Assembly (NCBI RefSeq): GCF_000315625.1
Contig: NW_005434673.1
Span: forward strand, 1,069,012-1,133,011
Reading direction: 5' to 3'
DNA: 64,000 nucleotides
Origin: Guillardia theta CCMP2712
Taxonomy: Eukaryota > Protista > Cryptophyta
Shown: positions 40,637-52,400 of the stretch, in pieces
How positions within the stretch are numbered: the first letter of the stretch is position 1
How the letters are laid out: every line of letters starts with the position of its first letter
Notes under the pieces: generated by a model
The model's database searches: none
What the model was told of the DNA's origin: nothing
Seen by the model: the letters and a program-made list of their open reading frames with translations, nothing else
Made by a program: the position numbers and the translations under genes

Positions 40637-41761
40637 CTGAACAGCCTGAGAAGATGTGTCAAGGTAAGATACAGGAAATGTCACGTGACGCAATGAGATG
40701 TGCAAAAGCAGCATTGGTGTTTGAAACTGACAAGAGGAGAGAGCAGACGATCCTTCCACAGAGATCAAAACTGGGTGTACTGAAAAAGATGTTCCAAAAT
40801 CGAAAGTCTGTGCGTCTTTGTGAGATTTATGCCTTCCTCGCCTTGTCGTGACTGTGGTTGTGACAAAACCCTGCTGCTGTCGCACACGCCTAAATGTTCG
40901 GCTCTCTTCTTCTCCTCTCTTCTAAGTTCTACTTTATGTGTTTTCCTTCCTCCTCATAAGCCATGCAGGTTTTCTGCTTGTGCGTTCCGTTGTCTTCCTC
41001 CTCCGCCTCTCATCCGCATGTTATCCTACTCTTCCTGCCTCGCTTCGTTCATTGCGTTTCAAGACCTCCCCTACCCCTCCCAGTCCCCTACCAACACCAC
41101 CATACATCTTGTACCCCTCCCCCTAAATCCATAATGAATAGGGCTGCACGACCCCTACTAAAATTTCACCACCGTCACCCCCTTGCAAAAGATTTCTGTT
41201 CACAGAGGACCCTCGATCAGAGGTACAGGCACCCCTGCTTTTCCACGTCTAAAGGCTAAAAGTTTCCCCCCTAACCCCCCACCCCCACCCCTACCTCTTG
41301 ACCACAGCACACCTCCGTCTCTACGAAAATGTGAAGGGACTCAACAAAATGGTGGAAGAGAGGGGAAGGTACGACGGAAAGAGGTGTCCATGGAGAGAAG
41401 AGTAGAGAACGTAAACAGGTCGGGCTGTGGTGAGATGCAGCATGGTGAAAAGAGAGGAGCGGCGAAAGACTGTAGCCCACCATATGAGAATTGAAATTCG
41501 GAATACAATGTATGAGCAGAAAGGTGGGGTAAGAGGCAGGTGCATGAGGGGATGGACTAGCATGGAGCTGGGTGAGCAACAAACGCCTCGAAAATGCCAA
41601 AAAGGAATGACGACTCGGACACGGTGGAAGTCAAAACTACAAGGAAGCTACTACATTCTAGTAAAAGATACAAATAATGAATTATTTTGTCATCCCATCC
41701 CACCCCATCGCTTCGCATCGCAAATCCACGCACCCCATCTCAACTGAACTGATCCCATCTC

Positions 41762-43201
41762 CTAGGTCGTCTTTTCTTGTGGAGCGATCTCTTGGAACCA
41801 ATCGTTGAGGATTCGGTTCAGTTCCTCCGGAGACTCATGATGAATCCAATGCCCAGCATTCTCAACAGTCTCAACTCGTGAGTTAGGAAAGAACCGACGA
41901 ATGGTGTCGAAGTGAACATCCTGCACATGTATCAAAATCTTAAACACAGATGTCTTTAGGCTATACTTGCACGTATTTTGATCTGCCTCCTCTCACAAAA
42001 AGCGTTGGACCGTCGTAAGTCAAGTTTGAATCCTGCAACAAGGTAATGGAGAGCAAGTGGAGGCATGGAGTTCTTACAACGTTGAACTTCTTCAGCTCTC
42101 CATTCTTCACTCCTTCGCTGAAAGGAGCAAATTTCGTTAGCAGCGTTGCGATCTCACCTCAAACCTACCGAATAGATTGCACGTTCACCTTCCACTTGAA
42201 CTGCACCGAAAATGTTGATTTCAGATTACAACAAGCTGAAACATTCTCCAAACCTTTTTGGTCTCTTGAACTTGAGTTAAATTTGTCAAGATAAACTCCC
42301 TAGTTTCCTGATCCTGTTTAAAAATAGCGCAAAATCAACCGCGAAGCAACGAAAAGCGAGAGCACACAGGAATCTCCTTCGATAGCAAATCACGAGCTTG
42401 AGCGACAGAGGTGATTGAATTGAGATCTAGATTCTACAAAAAGTCACTTATCTCGGTCAGCAAGAATAGGTCAGCAAGGATCCTACGGCCATTGCATCCA
42501 GGATGGAAAGATGCATGGAGGAAGAGGAATACTCCACAGGTGCAATGTCAACAACAACCAGACTAGCCAGTTTGTCTGGATACTGTCATGACTGAGTCAA
42601 GAAAACAGAAGAGTACGACAAAGATAGTCTGACTTTGAGCGCCATGTTCATGGCAACTTTTCCTCCCATAGAATGACCAATCAATGAAAGTTTTTCAGCC
42701 CCCAGCCCATTCGCGAATCCAAGAACATCCTCGCACCTGCATGTACATTCAACGCTATCGTAGGATGATGTAATTGCAATGGGGGGTCACATTTCGTCGT
42801 AGAGCATCGAAGATGCGTGTTGTGAACGTCCGTGGTTTCGAAGATCGAGAGCACAAACGTATCGACCAGGTAGAAAATCTTCTCTCACTAGAAGACTCCT
42901 CCAGTTGTATGAACTGCAAGAAAGCAAAAGTGACGCGCAATGATAGCCAGGTCACAAATTACCTTCCAAGCATGCCGTGAAGGATGAAAGTTATGGGCTT
43001 GCTTGTGTAGTCTTTGATATCACCAATCCGTTTTGGTATGAAAGAAGCTAACTCAACCGTTGGTATCGAATGAACAGACCTCCCACTTCCCCCAAGACAA
43101 AGTTGTCTCGATGCCAAAGCTGTACACGACAAGCTCCATGAAAGATTATGCCGGGCTAATTTGCTCCAAACGTCGAATCCGCGCATACCTCTACCCAACA
43201 T
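41762..43201 (-). CDS. ABHD11: ABHD11/YbfF-like alpha/beta hydrolase, probable mitochondrial presequence
   Basis: FILHGMLG, FDALRRN, SLIGHSMGGKVAM (GxSxG nucleophile elbow), LVVVDIAPVEY, WKVNV, VENAGHWIHHESPEE. Confidence 0.9.
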
Positions 43202-43935
43202 GGAAGACTAAGAAAAAGCCTGACAACAGAAATTGAAGTTATTTCAAGGAACGAGCCACGGGTTGTGTAAAAATCAAACCCTTTCATCATGTCGAACCAA
43301 AAACCAAGAAAATTTGATGGGGAAAGAGAGTATACAGAAGCTATCTCAGGGACGGACCATAGAAAGAAATTATCTCAACAGGAAAGAGCACATCAATAGA
43401 TTGTGAAAGTCACCCATGGGGCCAAGGGCATTGATTCCTACAATGCATTGACAAAGCAGGTGAACAGGTTGAGCTCAGCTGGAATGCAAGCATTTCGTGC
43501 GAGGTTTAATGTGATGTTTGTGCATAGACAAGTGCAAGAAAACATGACAACGAAACCAAACATGAGTGAACTTACAGAAATGAGATTGTGAGATCAACAA
43601 GTAGCAAAGGAGGGACAGAGGAAATGAGTGAAGAATCACGAACATAGCACTCCTCTGCACAAAAATTTCCGCATCCCTATACAAAGATTAGCGTCCATGA
43701 GAAACAAGAGCGTGGAGTATGAAGCAGGAAGATAGATCTTGACATGGGAACGATGAAGCAACAAGGAACATTGCTGTATGTGATTGCCGCAAGGTCGCAG
43801 GCACTAGAAGCTGCATGGAGGAGCCGGCATGGACCTGCTAAATCGCGTTTTTTAAATTCAAGTAACTATTTTGATTTGAATTTTTGTGGAACATATTTGA
43901 AAATTCACACAGTATTTATACATAAAATTGGACAA

Positions 43936-44172
43936 ATGAAAAAATCGCGCGAGAACCGGAGGAGCAGGGAGGAGACCAGGAGGCGCAAGGAGGCAGAGGA
44001 GCGAGTGAAGTTGCTCGAGGAGAAGAGAACAAACAGACTTGAGAGGAGGACAAAAAGACATGAGAATAGGTTCAACAGACATGTGTTTCCATCTGACGAC
44101 AACGAAGAAAGGCAAGTAACATCATTCATCATTCGTACACCTAAAGAAAATTGCTCGGAAACACCAGTGTAA
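43936..44172 (+). CDS. Small highly basic/charged ORF, unknown
   Basis: MKKSRENRRSREETRRRKEAEERVKLLEEKR...; no recognisable domain. Confidence 0.3.
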   Translation: MKKSRENRRSREETRRRKEAEERVKLLEEKRTNRLERRTKRHENRFNRHVFPSDDNEERQVTSFIIRTPKENCSETPV

Positions 44173-44258
44173 AAATTGAGGAAATATTCCTTTACTTTTT
44201 ATGTATGTAGCGCTGTCAACGTATAAGAAAAAAATCAATTGAGAGTATGCTTGTTGTT

Positions 44259-45139
44259 CTATGCTGAAATCAATGGCTGAATTCCTAACTTGACTAATAA
44301 GTTCTTGTTCCTTGCGATATTTGCTTGCCTTCTCTTCTCGTACTCAGAGGCTTCTGAAGAACTCTCCTCCAGCGCAAAATTGACTTCACACGGCATCGAT
44401 GCCGAAGGAGCTTTTCTGTTTGCTGAAAGATCTCTTTCTCCTCCTCCTGCATTTAATCGACAATTGCATTGCGACTGACGGGGTGGAAACAAACAAAAAT
44501 TGCATGTCCAGTTACCACAAATGATGTTTGCTTTCGCGAACTGTAAACACGTGCTGTGCGCTGAAATCGTGCAATGCTTGCATTGCAGTAGATTACCTCC
44601 TCTCTTGCAGATGCAGCAGAATTCTTGTTGCACAACCTGCTTTGACGATGGTCTTAAACAGATATCACTCCGGCGAGCCTGCTCGTTGCCTTGACTAATG
44701 GGAGCCGATCGGTCAAGAAAGAACCAAAGAACACCATAATCCTTCACATTCAGATCGTGCAGCCATTTTTGTCCACTATCAAATTCAGAGCGAGGATATC
44801 TGACCTGTTGCAAACAGTCACCAAAAAACAACACACATTGAGTTCTCGAACCCAGTATCCTCGATTCACTCTACCTTTGTTCCTGAGCATGACTGTCCCT
44901 GTATGCCAACCGTCGTGAAAGACGTGGGCAATTTTTTGACCGGATAACTTTTTGCCTCTTTTCAGCAAACTTTCAACGTCTGCGCCAGATAGACGAGCAT
45001 GTCGAAAGATGTGCGGAATGTTTGATGATGTTTTGAATCGTCTGTTCTTGAATATCTGAAAAATCTTCTTTTCCTGTATGATTTTTTGCTTCAAGACAGT
45101 AAAATACGGTGATCTTCGGCATTTGCACCAACATTTCAT
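44259..45139 (-). CDS. PHD-finger protein with a Tudor-like N-terminal part and a C-terminal SEYEKRRQANIARN motif
   Basis: EFCCICKRGGNLLQCKHCTISAHSTCL...WTCNFC (C4HC3 PHD); upstream KIAHVFHDGWHTGTV; a short GT-AG intron near 44805-44850 joins the two ORFs. Confidence 0.75.
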
Positions 45140-45294
45140 GACGGCAAAAGAAATCTTATTCGTTGTTCAATCAGCTCTGCAAATCTCAGTACATCACCAA
45201 GACAACGTGAAATGTAGTTCTTCAATACAAGTTGTCTGCAAACTGCGTTAGTCTGTCTTCTCTGTGAATCTTTCCACACCGTCTATCTTCTCTT

Positions 45295-45515
45295 GCTCTC
45301 CTCCTCGTACTCCTGACCTTGCTCTATCTCCGTCGTCTATATCTACCTCTCCTCTTCTTACTCCTGACCTTACTCTACCTTCCTCTTCTATCTCCGTGCT
45401 CTCTATCTACCTCTCCTCCTCTTACTCCTGACCTTACTCTACTTTTCCTCTTCTATCTCCGTGCTCTATATCTATGTCTTCTTCTCTTACTCCTGACCTG
45501 ACCTTGCTCTACCTC
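45295..45515. repeat. Degenerate pyrimidine-rich repeat with core TACTCCTGACCTT(A/G)CTCTA, 4 copies
   Basis: Core visible near 45308, 45359, 45423 and 45488. Confidence 0.8.
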
Positions 45516-45715
45516 ACACAACCAATCAACATCCACAACCACAAACTTCCCCCACCCCACCCCTCTAAAGTGACCCCACCCCCTGCCCTACTTTTTCTTA
45601 CCTTTTTCCCTCACCACCCAACCAAATATTATTCTATCAGTGATATCCGCCGCATTGAATGGTGCGTCGCAGCGCCATCGGGCTCATGCTCCAGGGAACT
45701 CAGATCGAGCACAAG

Positions 45716-47593
45716 ATGGTAAGATGAGAGAATAAGATGGTGTGCGAACAGATAAGTACTTGCCAGCTAATGTTACGTCACAATTCTGAGATGTTAGTGA
45801 CAAGGGCACTACGGCAGCATGATTGTCAGATTTTTGACGATTTATGGTTTCTTGTTCAGATCGGCAGCCCTGCCATGAGCTGTGATCAACTGAAAAGAGG
45901 AGATACCATTCTCATGGTGATTTCTTTGTGAAAGTTACAGGACAAGGATGACGTAAGAAGACAGGTAGATGGAGTAGAAGTTACAGCTGAGACAATACAT
46001 CCGCTACTCCTTGGTAACGACGAGCCTGGATCCAAAGTTTTGCTGAGATTGAGGAAGATGGCCACGGTCAGTCGATTTCATGCCTTTCATGCAGTAAGAA
46101 GATGAAGTTTCGCACAGGACGAGACAATAGAAGTAGTAGTGCAGAGATTTGAGATTGCAAAACATGAGGAACAAAAAAAGGTTTTTGATGCATTCTCTGA
46201 GATAAAGGATCTTTCTACTCGCCTCAAGAATCAACATCTTTCTGAAGTGGTCGATCATGTATTAAATAAACTTTTGTAGAGCACTAAGCAAGAATTGACA
46301 GAATCCTTACAGGCAATTGAGTGCTGGAACAATTTGGAAGAGTCAAACCAATCCAAGATTTCTACGCTTGATCGCTTGGTCCAATCGCATCAAGAACAAG
46401 CTCGTGAATATGTTCTCCAGTCCATGAGCTGCTTGCGCGATGTGATCTCAATCGGGGAAGAAAAAGAAGACGAATACACAAGCTTGATCCAACAGCTTGA
46501 AATTACATGCACAAAAAAGGATCAAGAAACTCAAAGGATTGAGAAGGCAGTTGCAGATTTGAATAGTCAATTGCTTACTTTGCGAGATGAACTTATCTCG
46601 CAAACAACACAGCGCGACAAAACAAGAGCTGAATATCTCAAAGCAAAAGACCGATTGAGCTATGAAAAGGAGAAGCGAGCATTAGCAGAGGACAAGTACA
46701 GGGAGACAAATCATCAGCTGAGGAGTGAGAAGGAGGTCCAAAGAATTCTTCTCCATTCGTTTGATACATTCTACTCGATTTTTGAGAATCAGGCTCAAGA
46801 AATCAATCTCCTTCTGGTTTCTTGCCAGTCTCTCATCCAAGAATACAAGGCTTCTAAGGATATCCCGTTCAATCCACCGCCTCTCAACCAAGTCATGCAA
46901 GGGTTTGCTTTAGACACGAGCAAGTTGAATATGACAGGATTGAATGATCTCTTGAAGAATTTTAGTCAAACCACTTTAAGTCTTACGCCTCAAAAGATGG
47001 ACAACAAGGCCAAGTTTGTTCCTGTCAAGGCCAATAGCATCAAGTTACAACAATATGATCCCAAAGAAGCAGTGTTTGGAAAAAAGAAGATAGTCTTGGA
47101 AGCAGTTGTGGCAGATCAAACCAGCAAAAACAGAGTCCCTGAGGTAACTAGTCTACTCTATGTGCTGAATAGTTACTTGGTCTCAGTTTGGAGATGTTGT
47201 GCTCGAAGTGAATTCAACTATGGTCTTGGACATCTGCGATCTCCGACTTCTTATGAAGAACAAGACGGTCTTTGTCTTTCTTCACCACGTCTGCTTAGTG
47301 TTTCTTTACAGGCCTGTATCACAGTCTACCGCAATGGTAAAATTCATTCTTTCAACCTTCCTCCTGGGCTGCTCATGGTTCCTGCTCTTGATCAGCCAGG
47401 TATGTCCAAACTCCGTATCATTCTATTAAAGCAATTCTGCTTTCAGACTCTGTCAAGCAAGAAAAAGACGGCAGTGTGCATGTGAATGTTCTGTTTGCCG
47501 GCGGGTTGTCGATAAGATTCTATCAAGAAAGGATTCTAGCGGAAGTTTTGGAAGAAAAAGAATGAAACGCAAAACCCAGTCCTATGTCAGTGA
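45716..47593 (+). CDS. Hypothetical coiled-coil protein, multi-exon
   Basis: 396-aa ORF rich in E/Q/K/L heptads (46295..47485); last exon ...LAEVLEEKNETQNPVLCQ*. The 5' exons are uncertain. Confidence 0.6.
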
Positions 47594-47628
47594 TGTACAG
47601 CTTCTATTCTTTCACAAAAGTATAAATA

Positions 47629-48836
47629 TCAGATCTCCAGTGACTCAACGATTACAGCAAGAGCTGAACGGGCCTGTTTCAATGTTTCAGAAAATGTCTA
47701 TCGATCCAAAAAGATTAACCTGTTCGATGTCGTTCTTGGCATTCATGAGAAACTGCTCAGTTTTTTTATCGGGTCTTTCACCCTACCATGACACGATCAG
47801 AAAGCCAATGTAGAAGAGCCTTGACGACCTTCTTGAATTCGTTGTTAGCGGAAAAATCTCCAAAGGATGAGCCATAAGCCATGGCGTCGGCACTGGCAAT
47901 CAACCTTGCGAAATTCTCTTCTGCCTGCAGCATCGTTATCTCTCTTTCTATATCTGATTTCAAACCTCGATGTAGGCATCAAGGCGGTCAGGATTCACAA
48001 ACTTTCTAAACTTTGCGATGTTCGAAGGAGCTCGGTGAAGCGGGTCTTCCGATGAAGCGAGGCCGAGGAACTGCCTCGGGTGATCCACAGCTCGCAATAA
48101 GCTGATTAAAACTTACGGATCGAATCACTGTTGGATTACGTTTGCACTTGACGATCTGTTTGGTACCGATGAATAGGGTACTTTGAGAAGGAGATATCAA
48201 GGACCATGTATTTGTTGTCTTTGTCGAAGAGCGCATTGGTTTTGGCTGCGTCCAGCAACTCTGCCTTGTTCTTGGAAGAAAGAAGATCTCTAGAGAGCTG
48301 ACGAATTTTTCATCACAATGTTGCCTCGTTTCTCTCAGCATATCGAAGTCACCTCTGCATAGTTGCACTGAGTCGTCTCGTCATCCCATCTACATCGAGT
48401 TAGCGGCAAGACAATCAGTTCTCCCCTCACTTGCTGATCAGATATTCCAGTCCCTTCAACCCAACCTGATATGGCATATCACGCTGCTGCAAGATGGTGC
48501 ATGCTGAAAGCAGATTAGTTTCACCTTCAATTTCAGCATCTCCTTCTTGTCAGTGACTGAGATCTTTCCCGCTGACTGAGCATATCCTTCGGAGGGAAAG
48601 AGAAACGAAGGGATCATCAAAGGAAGTATGCCCAACGTCTTCACTAACGTTTTCCTCTGCAATAGATCGCAAGATGGATTGAATTCCATTCTAAGCTTAC
48701 ATGCAACCGAACTTCTCCCACTCTTGTCGCTCTGTGACGGCAGGGAGCAACCAACAAATGCATCGCTCCGTTGGGTCCAGAAGGTGATGAGCAATACGCA
48801 TTGAATAACTTCACATGACAGCAATGAAGACCCCAT
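47629..48836 (-). CDS. Nucleus-encoded plastid protein, putative thylakoid lumen, unknown function
   Basis: Signal peptide ending SDA|F (Phe at +1), Ser/Arg transit peptide, then QRKTLVKTLGILPLMIPSFLFPSEGYA-Q resembling a lumen-transfer peptide; helical mature part ending ARSALAVIVESLEI*. Confidence 0.65.
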
Positions 48837-49450
48837 CTGTGCATACGAGGTCAGTTTGTATGATGCTACCCGTGGGATCTGTTATGATCATCTCATCTCT
48901 TCCTCTATCCTTAGGCTACTTCTCTGGTCTCACTACGTCTCCTTCGTTCCTCTAAACTCGCCATACTCTTGTCCTTGCTTTCTCTGCCGCTTCTCTTTCT
49001 CCTCCTCCTCCTCCTCCACCTCCTCTACTTTCCGATGGTGTCCTCTTGAATCCTTTATAAAGGCCCCATTGAGAATTTAGAGGGGGTTTAGAGGGGGTTT
49101 GTTTACTGACTTTGTGAAGCTAAGGGGGTAGGGGTGGTATCAGGCGATAAAACTGCTCGTACTTGACAAGTGAAGGGAAAGCGAATGGCAGGGCAGGCAT
49201 GAACAGGTGTCAGCGAGGATAGTCAGACCAGACCAGACCAGACCAGACCAGACCAGTTGTTGAGAGGCGAAGAATGGTCCTGGTCCGTAGAATACAGGCA
49301 ACCATGGCTGATGTTCACCATAAGAACATCACGAGAATTTTCCAAATAAGATATCGATTCGCCAGCAAATGAGACGATCAAGAATTGATTGCGCGAGAGA
49401 AGAGATTATGACGTGAGAAATGCTTTCTCGTCACTTATCATAAGCGCGCG

Positions 49451-52400
49451 ATGCCTCTCAGCTCGTTTCTGCATGTCCTCTCGTTAGTCGTGCTCTCCAT
49501 TCAGCTTCAAGTCGCAAATACAGGAACTTGCTCCCCAGATGATCCGTTCACAAACAAAGCACCATGCAATGGTCATGGGGAATGCAACACCCAGTATGGC
49601 CTTTGTGTGTGTTACTCCGGTTGGTCAGGGTTCAACTGCAGTGAACCAGACCAGCCATGTAACAATGCGGTGGTACACCTGGCAGACAGCGCTGGCTCCT
49701 TCACTGATGGTTATTACGGGATGAATTATGCTCCTTCATTGAACTGCATCTGGTATATCTCTTCGCCAAGAGATTCGCCCGAGAACTATTTCACTTTCCC
49801 GACGGTGTTGTTGTTCTATGAAATTAATCTCGAAGATGGATTTGACTGGGTATTTGTGTACGAAGGGCAGAGCACAAACAAATCAGATCTCATTGCATCC
49901 TTCACCGGACAGTACCCTAGACAAGATAGTTCTGGAAGGATGATACTACCCCAGATTGTTTCTTCCCCCTCTGAGAAAGGTTTGACAGTTCAGTTTCAGA
50001 GCGATTGGGCGTATGGAAGTAAAGGGTTTCGTTGCATGTATACGTCCGTGATCGAAGAGTCTTGGATTCTCAACTTCAAGGCTTCGCTCACGGGTCAGAA
50101 CCTAGCCTACAACAACGTCGCTGAAGGAGCCTGCCTTGACGTCAACTGCGTCAACTACAACAAGTGGATTGATGCGGCAAAGCGGCAGACGGGTTCTTCC
50201 TTCGATGCCTACAGCACGTGCAGCGTTGAAGCTGCGAGCTCAGTGAGCTGGCCAGGCAAGGACAAGAGCGTTTTTGATCTGACCAATCGAGACATCGAAA
50301 AGTTTTTGTCAACTCATCCAGATTTGGTACACATGCCTCCAGTTTGCCCACCCCAGCATTCTTGGGTCCCTTCGATACAAGGATGTTTCCCATCCTCCCC
50401 TGACTACCAGGGACTCAAGGTTCGCGTCAGTGATGTTGCGGTGCCAAAGTTTGTCGCTGTGAGCTCCATATTTTCCTTACGTCTTCTCCCTCACTCGTTT
50501 GCAGAATTTGTCTGCTCCGCTGCTCGATCCCAACACGTCGTACTTTGAGAACATAACTGCAGCGCAAGCCATCGGGTCTGATTGGCTCAACGCAAACATC
50601 CAACTTGTCTCGACCAGTCAGACTGAATGTTCTTTGTCCTTCTTTGTGTCAGTTCCTGGCATCTACAAGTGGTCTTTCTGGTTGCTGACCAAGACAGGAG
50701 AAGTTTGTCCTCCAAAGCCGACTGGATACTCGTCGACGGGCAAACCGATCTACCTCTGCGACTCCATTATTGAGATGGTCCCTATGCCCAACGATGACCT
50801 GCGAGGGCCTGCCTCCTACTCGGTTATTGTGTACGCAGGGGACACTGATCCATCCAAGAGCTTCGCGTACGGGTAAGTTCCCCTGTGGTGATTCCTTTAT
50901 CTTCTGAAGGCACCTGTCTTGATGTCCTCTCGTACTCCTGACACAAGCATGTCTTTGTGCAGCCCTGGCCTTAGCTCCGCCAACCAGGTGGGAGCCTGCA
51001 CAGCAGGGAGCAGCACATTTTTCCATATCACCAGCGTCGACAAGTACAACAACCCTCGGTTGTCAGGCGGAGACGATTGGTCTGTAAAATTTGACATCTT
51101 CCTCCCGGGATACGGCGATGCAGAGACATTCATAAGAAGCTCGCAGGAGGGGGAAAGTTCTGAGCTATTGAGGAGGAGCGTTGAGGTTGGAGGAGAGGAA
51201 GACAACGTGAAGATTAGGGGGAGGGAAGCATGTGCCTCCGGCCTCATCGCAAACCTTGGCAACGGGACTTACCTTGTAAGGTGGCAGACGACCTGCTCAG
51301 GTCGATATTGGTTGTCAATCACTCTAGGTGAGGAAGGCGTCACCCCCCGCTGAGCTCACGGGCTAAGTAGGAGGGAAGCACATTGGGACAGCAGCGCAAT
51401 GGAGTGATATGGTCGCTCGCTACCCCTGCTCTCTTGATTGTCCAGCAAAGGTGGAGGAGGGTCTTGAGAGAGGGCGAGGCTGACATGAAGGTCACAGGTA
51501 AGCAGCCCGTTCAACGTCCTGACCTCCAGTGGAGCTCCCGACGTGAAGTCCGCACAGGTTGTTATCACGTCTTCAGCTGATATCTCAGCAGCAGAAGAGC
51601 TGAACCTGTCATCTTGAGGTGTTCGGAACGGCTCTCCTATACGCTCAAGCTGGATACGCCTCCGTTCTCTTTCTGCGCATGAATGACCTGTGGGGAAACC
51701 CTGTGAGCCAACTAGAAGAAGTTGTGTTTGACATCAGAACGCCTTCGTCCACTTCTCTATTGTCCAACTTAGCAGCCTCGTAAGTTCTCAATACTTGTTT
51801 GACGTGGAAACAAAACATGACACCTTGTCAGTGGAGAAGACTATTCGCAGAAATATCGGGGCGATCCGTTTGAAGATTTAGCAGACCAAGTTCAATCGTA
51901 CAACAAGTCGATCAAGGTGGCTCAAGCTGTTACTTAGATTCTCTCTCTGTCTCACTTTCCTTCGATTCTCTCAACTCGTTTCTATTTGCTCCGTCTACTT
52001 TACATAATTCTTTTCTTTTGCTCCATTTTTCTTCAAACGTAAATCTTGTCCCTCACTCCACCTGCAGGTAACGGCAACCACTCATATCCTTGGAGGTGAA
52101 AAGTTTCCGTCGGATACCATGATCGAATGGATTGCAACAACGAAGGGCTGGCATCAGGTCTCTGTCATGGTCAACCAGAAACTTCCAGTGAGTCTCACCA
52201 ACACGCAAGAGAAGAAACACTGACTATATTTGACCTGTTGCTCTCTTCTTTGCCCTAGACTGCCACGGGGATTCTTGCTTCCCTCCTCCACGTTCCATCC
52301 TCTCCCTTCTCCCTCTACATCCACGCAGCCGAGAGCCATCCTCCGTCGACGTGGGTGGAAGGAGGAGTTTTGCTGGGCCCTCTGCTGGATGGCGAGAAAC

